Below are positions 39,990-54,372 of a stretch of DNA of 64,000 nt, piece by piece. The stretch is from the NCBI GenBank assembly GCA_964016885.1, contig OZ024740.1, positions 58,776,001-58,840,000 on the forward strand. The letters are read 5' to 3'. The notes beneath the pieces were generated by a model. The model was not told where the DNA came from and did no database searches. It saw nothing but the letters and a program-made list of their open reading frames with translations. This DNA comes from Eledone cirrhosa (taxonomy: Eukaryota). A program made the position numbers and the translations under genes. The first letter of the stretch is position 1. The number at the start of each line of letters is the position of its first letter.

Positions 39990-40258
39990 CTAAAGTGGTC
40001 ATGTAGGTATCACACAAAAAGCACCTAACCCACACTGCAAAGTGGTCGTGTAGGAGTCATGCAAAAAGCACCCAGCACACACTGTAAATGTAGTTGCCAT
40101 TATGAAGGGAATCTAGCCATAGAAACCTAGCCAGAAACAGTCCTATATGAGTAAGATGCGGTCACCTGACCTGAACTTACCTCAAATGAGGTAACCCGTC
40201 TAACCCATGCTAGCGTGGAAAATGGACGTTAAATGATGATGATGATGATGATGATGAT
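39990..40258 (+). mobile_element. RTE 3' tail fragment
   Basis: 48-bp units, then TAACCCATGCTAGCGTGGAAAATGGACGTTAAA(TGA)n. Confidence 0.75.
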
Positions 40259-40652
40259 ATTGTCATATACATCTGTTTATATTTCTAGATATATTGTTTG
40301 ATTCCTAATATTTTTATCTTCTCTGTGTATGTAATATATTTATTTAAGTGAGTGTGATGGTTGGCTGTATTTGATGTTCTCTTGTTTTAATGGCAAGAAC
40401 AACATAGATATTAACCAATATATTATATTAACTTACTTGTCATTAGAAGTGTTATACAATTTGGTAGATAGCCTATATTATTAAAACCTGTGAAAGTCAA
40501 AGCAGATGACTGATTCTATTATCTCAGAGGGGGAGTAGCAATCCTACACACAATTTTCAAAAATATTCAAAACAAAATAATTGATAGGAAAACAGTAGAA
40601 AATAATGCTAAAATGGTCTCATGAAATTATGGAAACTATACAAACACCTTAA

Positions 40653-40873
40653 CCCTTTAGCAATTACATTACTTTATATTTACTATTGTATTTTCACAGT
40701 AAAGGATTAATCTTACACAATTATCTCACATAATGTCGAATCTATGAGATTTGGATATTATCTGTTTTGAGAACAATACCTTAACATCAGTATGAGTGGC
40801 CAGTTACAGCCAGTATAAACAGAAAGAGGTGAGAGACGTCTGGCTGGATACAGCCGGTTTAAATGCTAAAGGG
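40653..40873 (-). mobile_element. piggyBac-type MITE
   Basis: TTAA|CCCTTTAGCA...TGCTAAAGGG|TTAA. The interior is the reverse complement of 43921-44120. Confidence 0.85.
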
Positions 40874-40882
40874 TTAATAATT

Positions 40883-42601
40883 CACCGTGTAACAAAATTT
40901 TTTTTTTTTCTCTGTTCCTGGCTTGTAATCACTTTTTTGTGTTGCTTAGGTCCCAAATAAATAAAAAAGTGCTATTAAACAATTAAAAGTTTGGGTTTGT
41001 AAAAATTCTAAGCTATTCACTAGAATTATTTGTATGCTGGATTTTACGTTGTATGTAAGTTTAATTTGCTTATGCTAAATGATTTTTTATATATGTTTCA
41101 GGTTAAATTAAAATTATAAAATAAAGAGTAATACCTAAAGAAAATTATAAAAGTGCGATAAAGTATAAAATTGTTAAAAAGTGGATTAAAGAGATTTATT
41201 GATACTGGATTTTCGCACCCTGAATAAAGGGTAAGTTGTGTTTTAAGCATTCGTCTCCAGGATGAAGCAGTGGAACTTGGTCAAGGAGGAAGTGCAGGTG
41301 ACAAGTCAGAGAAGTCGACACAAACCTTTTTCAGGCTTTTACACTCTTAGGGATGGCCTCTGCTTCTGCCATAACGTGCCTGGACTGTTTGACGTTATTG
41401 GGTTGCCGTTTGTGCCCAAGGAGTGGCGGCTATTTATAGACAGTTTCACCACAAGTTTGAAGGCTGTCCTCCTCCACAATGGAAACAAGTTCCCGACACT
41501 GCCCCTAGCTCATTCAGTCTGCCTGAAGGAAGATTACTACAGTGTGAAAGTCTTCTCAGTACAATTGGGAAATTATTGGAGACTTCAAGATGGTGGCTTT
41601 CCTGCTTGGACTCCAAGGAGGCTTTATCAAATTCCAATGCTTCCTCTGACTTTGGGACAGCAGATCCACCTCTGACCACTACAAAAGAAAGAACTGGGAG
41701 CAGCGAACAGAATTTGTAGTTGGGATCCGGAACGTCATGTGGGAGCCACTGGTTGATCCCAGGATTGTGCTCATGCCGCCACTGCACATTAAGTGGGGGT
41801 TGATGAAGCAGTTTGTGAAAGCTCTCAACCAAGAATCAGCCACTTTTAAGTACCTTCTTGAGTTCTTCACCAAGTTATCTGAGGCCAAAATCAAAGGTGG
41901 AATTTTTGTTGGACCCCAGATAAAGAAGGTGTTTGAGTCTACCGAGTTCTCAAATAAGTTCAATAGGATTGAGAGAACAGCATGGAACTGTTTCAAGGCA
42001 GTTGTTAAGGGCTTCCTGGGCAACTACAGAGCTGAAAACTATCAGCAACTGGTGCAGGATCTGATAAAGGCTTTTGGCGCCATGGGATGCAGGATGTCGC
42101 TTAAACTCCATATGCTGGACGCTCACCTGGAAAAATTCAAGGACAATATGGATGCCTACTGAGAAGAACAAGGAAAACGATTCCACCAAGATGTGAAAGA
42201 GATAGAGCGGAGTTACCAGGGCCACTACAATGAAAAAATCATGGGGGACTATATCTGGGGGCTAGTGCGGGAATGCGACCTGGACTACAACCGCAAATCC
42301 AGGAAATCCAGTCATTTGACGTGTATAAGTTGCTTTATAAGTGTTATTTGTTTTTACTCGTTTGCTTTTGATAAGCTTGTGTAATAAAATAAATATATAC
42401 TCTGTTGATTTAATTATATGAACTGATAAATTTTTTAAAAATGTGTTTTTTTCTTGAAAAATATGAAAATTTAGAAATATCAAACTCCTGACCACAAACC
42501 CAAACTTCTGATTAAATAATAGTGTTTTTTTATAATAATGGGATATAACAAACCATGAAATGACACTTAGAACCGGGGAACAAAAAATATGTTACACAGT
42601 G
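40883..42601 (+). mobile_element. Chapaev3-like (CMC) DNA transposon, internally deleted
   Basis: Imperfect TIRs CACCGTGTAACAAAATTTTTT / AAAAAATATGTTACACAGTG, plus subterminal GTTTGGGTTTGT/ACAAACCCAAAC. Confidence 0.8.
41240..42320 (+). pseudogene. Chapaev3-type transposase with frameshifts and stops
   Basis: EWRLFIDS..SLKAVLLHNGNKFP, GDFKMVAFLLGLQGG, PPLHIKWGLMKQFVKAL, GIFVGPQIK, GCRMSLKLHML. Confidence 0.8.
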
Positions 42602-43324
42602 ATAATCAGGTAATAGAATAAGCATAGCTGTTTGGTTAAAATGTTCACTTCACACCCCTGAAGTTCAGAGTTTGATGCTACTGTGTAGAATCAAAGTTTC
42701 TGAGCAAAAATACCTTGTTTCACTTGAGTTGTACAGATGCTGTTTTTTAACTCTTGTCATCAAATATGCAATGAACCTGTGATTGACCTGTTGAATACTT
42801 ATAACCACAATGAACTCTTGTTCACAATATTAGTATAACATATTTAAAATAATAGAATAGATAATAGTATCTGCTGATCACTCTGAATTTGTTGTCAAAC
42901 CCATGCTAAAAGCTAATATATAAACAAAACAGAAGAAAAGTAGGAAAATGTCCAAGTTTGAATGTAGACACTTGGAATACAGACATTTTAGAGAGTTATG
43001 TACAGTTTCAATGGAACAACAAAAATATGATACGTAAACTTCATATACTTGACAAATTTTTTATTTTAAATTAGTTATAATCATCTTTTTTAAAAAACAC
43101 TTGCATCAAAAATAAGTTGCACCACATTTATATGAATACACACACACTCACACACATGTATCATCTAGCTAGAGCATCATTGAAGGTTTAATCTTGAAGA
43201 GTATCTAGGGCAGTCTTTGTCAATCTGGGTGTTAGCACCCCTAAGGGGAACTATGAACACTAAGGTGGGTGGTAGACATAAGTTGAAGTCTATTTGCATT
43301 TATTCATTCCTATGATTTAATTAT

Positions 43325-43502
43325 AATTGTTTCTACTTTTGGCACAAGGCCACCAATTACCCAGTGCATTACTGGTACTTTATTTTATCGACCCCGTAAG
43401 GATGAAAGGCAAAGTTAACTTCGACAGGATTTGAACTCAGACCATAAAGAGACGTAACTATACTGAAAAGCATGGCATCCGACCCTCTACCGATACTGCC
43501 AA
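43325..43502 (-). mobile_element. Meta-like SINE family copy
   Basis: TGGTACTTTATTTTATCGACCCCGTAAGGATGAAAGGC...GGATTTGAACTC. Confidence 0.8.
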
Positions 43503-43760
43503 TGACAATCTTTGATAGCATACCACATTTATTTTGTCAAAATGTAGCTTGTATTACCTTCTCTGATGACTGCAGAATTTCTTTGTTACTATTTTTATGG
43601 TGGTATTTGTACTGCTGTAGCTATCTTGTTTGTCATTAGGGATGTGTTTTTGTGAAATTAACGATTATGTTGTTGTTGTACGAGATAGTAGGATCTGATT
43701 TTATCAGTTTGTTTAGAATTGTTTTGTCATTCTTATCATTCTTGTTGTTCATGTTTCTAG

Positions 43761-44491
43761 CCGTCTTAAACAATATTTCTAAGCAAACTGATACAATAAC
43801 TCTTCCTATTTTAAACAACAACACAAAATAAAATAATTTTTAATTGCACCAAAAAATATTGCTGATGACAAACTTAAAACAAAAATTCTACTGCAACTGA
43901 TTGAGCAGATCTATGATTAACCCTTTAGCATTTAAACCGCCCATATCCAGTCAAAATTCTCTCACCTCTTTCAAACTGGCCATAACTGGTTGCTCCTACT
44001 GACATTAAGGTATTGTTTTCAAAATAAACATCAAAATCTCGAGGATTTGATGTTATGTGAGAAAAAGCCTTTACCACAAAAATACAATAATATATATAGA
44101 GTAATGTAAATGCTAAAGGGTTAAAGGCAATCAAGCCATGAGCATATTGTCATAGGTGTATCTAGGGTTATATTGTCCAATGTGTCTTTTTGTTTTATTT
44201 TTTAAGATAGTAGGGTTTGATTTGAGGGAATATGGCTGCTATTTCTAGCATGTCATGCATTTCAACTATCCAAAAGTTCCCTTTTTTGCTCATATATCTG
44301 TAGATTCTGTTGTTGACCAAAATAGAGGTGAACAGTGTGTGGTAGTTGCTGTGCCATCTTAAACAACAACATTTCTAAGCAAACTGATACAATAACTCTT
44401 CCCATTTTAAACAACACAAAATAAAATAATTCTTAATTGCACCAAAAAATATTGCTGATGACAAACTTAAAATAAAAATTCTCCCGCAACT
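43761..44491 (+). repeat. About 135-bp direct duplication (43761-43898 and 44355-44491)
   Basis: Near-identical CC.TCTTAAACAA...ATTGCTGATGACAAACTTAAA...GCAACT segments. Confidence 0.85.
43921..44120 (+). mobile_element. piggyBac-type MITE
   Basis: TTAA TSD and 14-bp TIR CCCTTTAGCATTTA. Confidence 0.9.
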
Positions 44492-45814
44492 TCCAAACAA
44501 AATGAAAGTGGTATGTTATTATCAAATATTGCCTTAATGAGCTTTCTTATTTATAACATTTTCAGTTGAAAATCTAATTAAAACTAATTAAATATTATTA
44601 AAGATTAAAATTTTATTAACCAGTGACTTTATTATACATTGGTTTTCATTTAATGATAAAATTAATGCCATCGTAAATAAATTAGTGAATTATAAATTAT
44701 TTAAATCTGTAACAAGATAAAAGTAAATAGCCTTTTATAAGAAGATTAAAACGATTTATCAGTGACTGTTTATTTCATACTAGCAAGTATAAACCTTCTT
44801 ATAAAATTAGTACCAATATTGGCAGATCTTATGAATTGAACAGTGAAAGTGAAAATTTATTTCCCACTTGAATACTTCTGCTTGTTAATACTTTCATTAT
44901 GGAATGAATTCATTCTTAATTGTAGTCTGATAAGCACAAACTCTATAATTATTTTTAATCATACCTTCATTGATAACAAATAATATGAATCTTGATAATG
45001 TCATTGAATTTCCATTTAAATAAATAAGAGGCAGTCATGCTGAAATGAAGTAATTTTAAATGAACGTATGTATAGTCATCACCTTGATTTTTTTAAACAG
45101 CAACACTATTACACAACTTCGGTGTTTTGCTAAACCATTTCAGTGGGAGGTACCCTATATAGTAAAATGTCAGTATGTGAAAATATTGAATAATAAAAGT
45201 ATTGTGATCCTTTCTTCATTTCCAAATGAAGTAATAAAAAAGCTTTTCTTAAGTTCTGTCTCATAATTAACTTAATTAGACCACATAACCAATTATCTAT
45301 ATCTAAATCTGTAAAAAAGAAGCATACCTCAATATATTTCATAATACATTCAATTAAATCTAGTTTTTTATGCCAGTTCTATATTGATATAAAAGATTTT
45401 ATGTAAATATTCATGTAAATATTGATATTTTGTTAGTGGCATAAAATATATTTGAAAAAAAAACGTGTCATCAATATTCATGTAAATATTTGAACTGTGA
45501 AGTTATTCAATGTATTAATAGTAACTCATTACCAATGTGGTTATCATGGGGAAAATAATTCAAGAATGGTTGATAAAAAAGAGCATCCAGATAAAATAAA
45601 AAAGATATAGACTACACTCAGAATTTGAAAACAAAACATCTATCTAAAATTAATGAGTTTATTCTTTAATAGCCAATTACAGAAAGGATTAATTAGTTGT
45701 ATCTTACAAAATTTCAAAATTAATCACCAAATGGGGAAAACCTCATACTACTGATGAAACTCTTGTCTTTACTTGCTAAAGAGGTTATTGTTATGATGGC
45801 CACTTGGGAAAGTA

Positions 45815-45978
45815 CCGTATTTCTCGGCATCGAAGACGCTACTTCCTAACATAAGTCTCAAAAATCTACCATGTGTCCTGGAGGCCGAAGGTTGTTATCA
45901 TTTTTTAAAATAATTTTTGGCCTTCAAAATTAGGGTGCATCCTCAAGGACAAAGCATCTTCTGCACCGGGAAATACGG
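45815..45978. mobile_element. pogo/Tigger-like MITE
   Basis: TA|CCGTATTTCTCGG...CCGGGAAATACGG|TA. Confidence 0.75.
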
Positions 45979-46379
45979 TAATATAACATTACTAATTTGA
46001 CAATCTATATTTTATTCACAATTGTATAAATAACATTACAAATTGTTTGTAATTCTTACACACACGAATAAAATATATAGTACTTAATTACATAAATATT
46101 CCAAATTAAAATATAAATTCAAAATGAAAAATATATTATAATCATGATATTTCACATAAAAATAGAATTTATGGAACCTTATAATATACAAAAATATACA
46201 ATCAAAGTAGAAAAAACAAACATCAATTCATCACTAAGTATGTCAATCGATCACACACCACAAGAAGCATCGAAACCTCCTTCCAATACTTTTTGAGGCA
46301 AGCTAAACATGCTTGGAACATTACCACAGGTGATGGTGAGGCTGAAACATTACAAATTCTTCTCAGCAATAGTTCAATA

Positions 46380-47500
46380 CCAATAAAATTTAATAAAATG
46401 GCAAATCATATTGAAAAAATATTTGTGGTGATTTGGAAACTACAGAATTTTCATTACTATTCAGTGAAACGACTTTGTGACACCAAATCATTATTATTGA
46501 CCTATATATATTATTGAAATGCTAATCATGAAGCTATAGAAGAACTCCTATTTGCTGAACAATTGAAAACTGACACTAAAGATTCTACAATTTATAGGGG
46601 AATTGAGCATTTTTTAATGACAAGAATATTCCTCTCACAAATGTCATTTCATATGCAACTGATAGAGCATCTACTATGGTTGCCATCATGGATTTATAGC
46701 ACATTTAAAAGAGCCTAAATATTTTCACAATTCACTCTAATATTCATTGGCAACACTTAGCTACAAAACATCAGTAGACTACATAAAACTTTGCACAATG
46801 TTATTAAAGCAGTGAATAAGATAAAAGCTCATCCATTGAATAACTAGTTTTCAGAAACTTTGCCATGAAAATAAACAAGAATTTTAGCATGATTTACTAC
46901 ATACCTAAGTTCAATGGCTTTCTAAAGGAAACTATATGCAATACTTTTATCATTTCTATGATGCTATTTTAAAATGTTGTAAGTTGTGTAATGAGAAAAT
47001 GTGCAATGAATTAGAAAATTTTTTTTATCTTCATCAAATATGAAAATCAATTTGCAGGGAAACAATTTAAATAGTATAAAAGCAAAGGGGAATTATAAAT
47101 TTTTTATCAGCCAAAAATAGCATCTAAAGATGTAATTTTCCCCAGTTTCCAACTATACAAATAATAAATGAAAATAATGGTAATGCTTTGATATAATATA
47201 CAAATCTGAATTGTTGTCATTTCCATAGGTTCTGAACGATATGATGACTAGATTTAAAGACTTTGATGAACTGAAAATATCCAAGTGGGCAATAAATCCG
47301 TTTCTTTTTTATACACATTTCACTAATTCAAATCTACTTAAAAATTAATAGAGTTACCAAAGCTCATGTACAGTTTAAATCAAGTTGGTATAAAACATTT
47401 TGACCAAAGATACAAAACATGTATCCCAAGTTTTGACAGGAAATAAAGTTGTTTTCCTTCTTCATATATGGTTGAGAAAGGATTCAATGTTATGTTGTAA
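46380..47500 (+). pseudogene. Degraded hAT (Buster/Charlie-type) transposase
   Basis: SLLLTYI..., IEELLFAEQLKTDTK, AVNKIKAHPLN, LLHT*VQWLSKGN (compare LLHTEVRWLSKG). Confidence 0.7.
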
Positions 47501-47594
47501 TAGTTAAGAAAAATAACATTTTTTCCCCGAAGTTTGGTAGCCTCACTCTAATTTAAAGGTTAGTACACCTTCTGGTCCCAGCAGATAGAATAAA

Positions 47595-48995
47595 GAAGAC
47601 GTTGCCCCAGAGGATGATGAGGGAGACATGCTGGAACAGCTACTCCAACTCATGGAGTTCACTGTTACAGGTGGCCAACTCTGCCCCAATATCAGTCTCC
47701 GGTACCATAGGTCTGACCACAAACCTATCAGAATGCACTCAATACTTCAACAGTTTGCCCTTTTCAGGCTGACAAGCAGTGAACTTGGGCTAGTTGCCAA
47801 ATGCACCAGGTTGCTGCTGGAGAAGGTATCCCAACATGTAGCATCCCAGATGAGGGGCTTACCACCATGGAACAAGAAGATTGTAATGCTTTCTGTTTTT
47901 TTACCACCCCCTTTGTCCAGCCCCCACTAGCTTGAGTTGGGAGGGGAAGCCTGCAGCAGCAGAGCATGGGCAGGAGCCAGCACTATAACAACATGACAGT
48001 GAGAGAAGGCCAAAAGAGTCCCTAGTGGATCCACAGTAGCATTTGTGTGGCTCAAAGATCCGGAGGTCAAGCTTCGGAAACATTAATGTGCAAACAGTCG
48101 CTGTCCAACTAAATGCCAGCCAAGAGTGATGGTACAGCATTAATCCAGGCACCACTGTGGGATTGGTAGGCTGAACGAAAATATGCAAGATGGTGCTGAT
48201 GAAGTTGGCACACCAGCTGTGTTGCACTGGATGGTGTTCCATTTGTTTTGGAGGATTGGACTTCTATGGAGGCGAGATGAGGATGCACATCCACAAGGCA
48301 GTGGCTGAGCTAGTTCCATGTTGTTTAGACTGCCTCACATTCCTTGATCAAAATAAGTTCCGTTATGTTGTGAGACCCCTGTTGAAGAGGACATGGCAAG
48401 AGATCACTTATGAAAGAAATTCCGGCAAGGCCTGTGAGTCTGGAGACCAGAGACGAAGATCACCATGTCTGATGGGTAAGGTACGCCCAACTATCATCAC
48501 ATTGTCCCGGTTCCAGACATTTAGAAGAGCCTTGACGTCCTCTACCCCGAGAGCAAAGAGGAGGGGGCCCAATGGATCACCCTGTTGAAAACCAGTTGAA
48601 AATGATATGACCTTGTCCACAGTGAGGAGCATGCTTGGAGATCTGTATGACAGGTAGGCCAATTGGTAGGCAGAAGAGGCATGACTGAGGCAAGCCTCAG
48701 GATACACGCAGTTGAAGGCCTTTCTCATATCAAGTGGCATCAGGGATATAGGTCCAGGGTACCACTGATGAACCTGTTAATGAGAGTAGAAATTGCACTC
48801 AGCAGGTGGTGCTCAGTTTTAGTAATGAGGAGAGATAAATCTTAGAGGTGTCTTGGTCAGAGATCATCAACACCATCGCTGCTGCTGGCAGGGGAAAGAT
48901 CTCATGGCAAAAATAATGTCTTCTTCGGAGGCCATGTATAGCAGCTGAGGGTCAAGTGGTGGTATGGGTCTGAGGTCAGTGGATGGCGCAGGATT
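47595..48995 (-). pseudogene. CRE-clade non-LTR retrotransposon relic (RT plus restriction-like endonuclease)
   Basis: LDMRKAFN, GFQQGDPLGPLLFAL, SGAWINAVPS, HKCYCG, GKPLIWDATC. Confidence 0.75.
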
Positions 48996-49105
48996 TGTCC
49001 ATTATATTTATATAAATTTAAGTATTTCTATTAAGGAAATTTACACATTTTTGTTTTGCAGTAATTAGTTATGTCCATGTTCATTGTATAAAAATATATG
49101 TATCA

Positions 49106-51627
49106 TTTATATATCTAAAACAGAGAATGTCTGTCTGACTCCCTAAAACTCGAGAACCACCCAACCGATTGTTTTCAAACTTTACACATGTAATACTTAT
49201 GGTCCTGTAAGTGTTTTGAGCAAAAGAAATTTCAAATTTTCAATGCCCTAGGGACCGCATTAGGCGATTTAGCGATCTCTCTCTATAATTCTTAGTCCTT
49301 CTTTTTAGATAGATACATAGATATAACGTTACACCCTTATAATATCAGACTGTCTGCATTACGACATTATGAAGCTATATGTGTGTGTGTGTATATATGT
49401 ATATATAGTGTGTATATATATCATCATCATCGTCGTTTAACGTCTATGTTCCACGCTAGCATGGGTCTAGACGGGAGTTGTCCCACGTGATGCAAGATTG
49501 GTTGTCTTGCTCGCATAGGACTGTCTGGCGGGTTTTCTATGGCTGGATGCCCTTCCTAACACCAACCGCGTTTTCAGTGTGGACTGGGAGGTTTTTACTG
49601 TGTTACCTACACTGCCACATTACAGCGGGGACTGTGTGTTTTTTTGTCGTGACACCTACACAACCTCATTTATTTAGGACTGGATGTTGTGGCACCAACA
49701 TAACTTTAGGTGTAGATGGGGGTGGGGGTAAGGGTAGTCGGGTGGGGGTGTATTTTTGGTTAGGAGGAGCCTAGTGACTGTAGGTTTCGCTTTGTACTTA
49801 GGCAAGGCGGGTCTTCTGTATTACTGTGTAGCGCCAAAGATCTCGGTCCAGTGACATTGTCTTGGAGAGGTGTAAGTGTGTAATGTCAGAATTTATCAAA
49901 TCGTCACAGGTTTTTCTGGGTCTACCTACTCCGTAGTTTCCATCTATTTTTATCACCCTGCACTTTTTTATACAGCTATCGTCTTTCATGCGCATCACAT
50001 GACCATACCAACTTAGTCTTCTCTCAAGTAAACATCATCTGATCCCTCTTATTCCTAATTTCTCACTTAGTTCATTTATGGTTTGTCGTTCGAGTATATT
50101 ACTATTACACATCCAACGGAGCATGCAAGCTTCGTTCCTCTCCAGTCTGCGCAGATCCTCTGCACACAATGCCCATCTCTTACTGCCATGTAACATTGCT
50201 GTTCGCATGCAGGCATCATACAGTCTGCCTTTCATTTTTAGGGAGAAACCTTTAGCGGCCAATAGTGGTATAAGCTCTCTGAACTTTTTCCATCCCGTTC
50301 TGACTCTAGCTACTGTACTTTCAGAGCACCCTCCCCCACTGCTGATTTTGTCACCTAGGTAATGGAAGGTATCTACTATTTCTATAGAACCATCTGGGCA
50401 ATGGAAGGAGCTGTGGGCACTTGCTACTACTTATAGCACCTGAGCACCAGCCACATATAAAATCTATGTTCTTGGTTAGTTTACCTGTGATCCCATTACA
50501 TCTTTTATGCACCATACTTTGCATTTGGGACATAAAATGGAGTTTCTGCCTACTCCTTTCCTACACACTGAGCATGGCCATTTCCCAGACGGGACTGGTG
50601 CCCTATTTTCCTTCCTACAAACTAGAACTTTAGTCTTAGACAAGTTAACTTTAAGGCCTTTTGATTCTAGGCCATGCTTCCATGTTTGGAATTTCTTCTC
50701 TAGTTCAGCCATTGATTCAGCTATGAGCGTTAGATCATCTGCGTATAGAAGTTCCCATGGGCAGCCAGTCTTGAACTCCTCTGTTATAGCCTGAAGGGCA
50801 ATAATAAATAGGAGGGGGCTAAGGACAGAGCCCTGATGAACACCGACTTTTACGCTGAACTCTTCACTATATTCGTTGTTAATTCTAACCTTGCTGACTG
50901 TTTCTTTATACATGGCTTGTATAACTCTCACGAGCCATTCATGAATACCTAGTTTTCTAAGAGCCCACCAGATAATGGAGCAGGGGACTCTGTCAAAGGC
51001 TTTCTCCAAGTCAACAAAAGCTAAGTATAGGGGTTTACTTTTAGCTAGGTACTTCTGAAGTTGTCGTACAATGAAAAGAGTGTCTGTGGTACTTTTACCT
51101 GACACAAACCCAAACTGCATTTCATCTAAATCAATTCGCTCTCTGATTAGTTGCGCTATAACTTTTTCTGTGACCTTCATGACCTGGTCAATTGATTTAA
51201 TGCCTCTATAGTTTCCCCTCTCTAAGGCAGCTCCTTTACCCTTGTAGCAATTAATGATGATGCTGCTACGCCAGTCATTTGGTATAACCCCACTCTGTAT
51301 GACTTGGTTTACTATCCGGGAAACCATATATATATATAGTGTGTAACGTTTTTTGAAATATTTACTTATGCATTTACAGATTTGTTCTTTTAGTTTCAGA
51401 AGATCCTGTTAAGGGTGAATGCAGCGATTCTTTGCTTAAACTTTAATCTGTTATTTTAATATATATATATATATATAATTATATATTCGTGTACAGATTT
51501 TTTTGCATACACAATAACAAAATATAAAGAAACATATTTATTTCACGAGGCTTGATAAGGATAAATATATATCAAACATATAACAACCCTAGAGCAAATC
51601 CCGAGCAACGCCAGGCCATTCTGCTAG
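49106..51627 (+). mobile_element. Non-autonomous Helitron-like element split by an RTE insertion
   Basis: 5' TATATATCTAAAA...TGTCTGTCTG...CAACCGATTGTTTTCAAACTTTACAC; 3' GC-rich hairpin CCCGAGCAACGCCAGG then CTAG|T at 51624-51628. Confidence 0.55.
49421..51327 (-). mobile_element. RTE LINE, 5'-truncated, RT domain largely intact
   Basis: 283-aa ORF 50476-51327 with NYRGI, FVDLEKAFDRV, GVHQGSVLSPLLF, LLYADD, followed by a PHD-like CxxC region, frameshifted C-terminus and (TGA)n tail. Confidence 0.95.
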
Positions 51628-51659
51628 TAGTTACTAAATTTTTTAATTTATATAGCTAT

Positions 51660-51969
51660 GTAGATAATAATTGTTTCTACTTTTGGCACAAGGCCAGCAA
51701 TTATCCCAGTGTATTACTGGTACTTTATTTTATCAACCCCCGTAAGGATGAAAGGTAAAGTTTACCTTGTCGGGATTTGAACTCTGACTGTAAAGGGCCG
51801 TAACTCTATGCTACAAAGCATGGCGTCCGACCCTCTACTAATACTGTCAATCCACCGCCCTTGTAGATAATAATTGTTTCTACTTTTGGCACAAGGCCAG
51901 CAATTACCCAGTGCATTACTGGTACTTTATTTTATCGACCCCGTAAGGATGATAGGCAAAGTTAAACTC
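51660..51969 (-). mobile_element. Meta-like SINE, one full and one partial copy in tandem
   Basis: TGTAGATAATAATTGTTTCTACTTTTGGCACAAGGCC repeated at about 51660 and 51862. Confidence 0.8.
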
Positions 51970-53084
51970 AATGACTTTCAATTTGTTTAATAATCTTTGT
52001 ATTTCTATATTTATTGATGACTACTCTCCAATGTCATATATTTTATGAGCAGGTTGTTCCATTGATAAGACAACTGGAACATTCATCACTGAAACCAATT
52101 GTGGCATATTGCAATGGTCCCGGGATTTTTAGAGGATGCTTCCATCTTAATATCCAACTCCTTGCTAAGTAGGAACACTCAAGAAATTCAACTGATTTTC
52201 AACCACCTTAATTTGATTTATATACTTTCTCAATATCTGGGGGGGTTTTTTCTTGTTCGTCACTTATATAATACAGTACACATTCTATACTACTCTACTC
52301 TGCACCTTGATACATACCATCTCTATATTACATACCACCACATAATACCATACATCTGCTATAACACATGCTAGTATGTACAACTACTTTGCTATTTCAA
52401 ATTTACCTCTTTGAGTTATTTTCTTTTGTTATATGTTATGATACAAGCTATATCTTTTATGGTATCTGCAAAATTCATCAAAGCACCTGAAGATTAAGTC
52501 ACAATTTTAATCCTTCATACAATCTTGAGATTAGTCAATATTGGGCATTGACCCATTAGGTAGCACTTTTGTTTAGTGTATGAACATAAATAATTTAATA
52601 TAATATAATATAATATAATATAATATATATATCAGTGGCAAAGGGAACTTGGAAAGCAGGGCATGCAGTCCAATCACCATGGGACTGTGCAGCCTTACCC
52701 CCCCCCCCCAAATTCCCTCTAAATGACCCTCCCAGTCAAAGCCGCATGTAGTGTTATCTAGTGTGTGTGTGTGTTATCTTTTTATGTGTCCACGATTTAG
52801 TAATCAGCCAAAATTCTGCTTGCTTCAACCAACGCAATTGATCAACTCAAGATTCTATAACACATGCACACATGCTTCACCCCTGATATATATATACGTA
52901 TGTAACAAAGGAAGTGTGGTAAAGAACCAGGTGGACCATAATGCACCAGAGTACTCGATACTTTGGGTAGTAGAGTGGGTAATAGGAAAATGTTCAATTC
53001 CCCGATGGCAGAGCTCTGAGAATTGAACTCACAACCTTCCGATTGCAAGGCCAATTCTCTAACCACTAAGCCATGTGGTGCCTC

Positions 53085-53143
<59 letters not shown>

Positions 53144-53147
<4 letters not shown>

Positions 53148-53961
53148 TCATCATCATCATCACCGTTTTACGTCCGTTCTTCCACGCTAGCATGGGTTAG
53201 ACGGGTTGTCCTGTTGTGTGCAGTGTCTGGTCGGCTGACCATGCCTTGCTCATACAGGAACTGATTTGGCTTGATTTCTACAGCTGGATGCCCTTCCTAA
53301 CACCAACTTCATTTACAGTGAGTGCTGGGTGCTTTTTCGTGGCGCCTACACGTCCACTTTACAGTGTGGGCTGGGTGCTTTTTTGCCGTGGCACCCCACG
53401 ACCACCTTGTAGTGGGGGGTGTGGGGGGCATATTGTTTATATGCTTCAGCATGTACCCATGGGAGGTCGGGTACTCTGTATTACTGTGTGACGCCAGAAG
53501 TCACGGTCGTATGTCATTGTCTTTGAGAGGTGTAATTGGGTAAGGTCGGCTTTTATCACCTCATCCCAGGTCATCTTGGGTCTCCCCATTCCGCGGTTTC
53601 CATCAACTTCTAGTGCTCTGCACCTTTTTATGCAGCTGTCATCCTTCATACGCATCACATGTCCATACCAGCGCAACCGCCTCTCCTGCACACAGCATTT
53701 GATTCCTCTTATGCTCAGTCTCTCTCTCAATTCATTTATGCTTTGTCGTTCACGTATATTACTGTTACACATCCATCGGAGCATGCAGGCTTCGTTTCTC
53801 TCTAATCTACGTAAGTCTTCCACCTTCAGCGCCCAGGTCTCACTACCATGCAACATCGCTGTTCGGATACACGCATCATACAGTCTGCCTTTCATTCTGA
53901 GGGAGAAGCCTTTTGCAGCTAGCAGTGGTAGTAGTTCCCTAAACTTCTTCTTACCCGTTCT

Positions 53962-53968
<7 letters not shown>
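53144..53968 (-). mobile_element. RTE LINE 3' portion
   Basis: RVRTG.KKFRELLP...QERRLRWYGHVMR...GRPKMTW plus tail. The 5' end abuts (TA)n. Close to the 1017-1835 copy. Confidence 0.9.
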
Positions 53969-54044
<76 letters not shown>

Positions 54045-54045
<1 letters not shown>

Positions 54046-54372
54046 CATTTTGTTTCGTTTTAAGTCTGCTTTTTCCCTGCTTGCAAGGGTGGGACGGGAA
54101 CTGATTCTGGCTTGATTTCTACAGCTGGATGCCCTTCCTAACACCAACCTCATTTACAGTGAGTGCTGGGTGCTTTTTTGCCTTGGCACCTCCACGACCA
54201 CTTTGCAGTGGAATGATATGGACCCCTGTCCTATCATCTCATTTCTACAGCTGAGTAAACTGGAGCAATGTGAAATAAAGTGTCTTGCTCAAGGAAACAA
54301 CACATCACCCGGTCTGAGAATTGAACTCACAACCTTTCGATTGCCAGGCCAATGCTCTAATCACTAAGCCAT
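54045..54372 (-). mobile_element. CORE-type SINE with RTE tail
   Basis: Near-identical to 34088-34428. Confidence 0.85.

Noticed and set aside
43861-43900. CTGATGA matches here and at about 10814, 33178, 37559, 38296, 44456 and 45751 as hammerheads
   Set aside because: No properly placed GAAA with stems I-III could be built.
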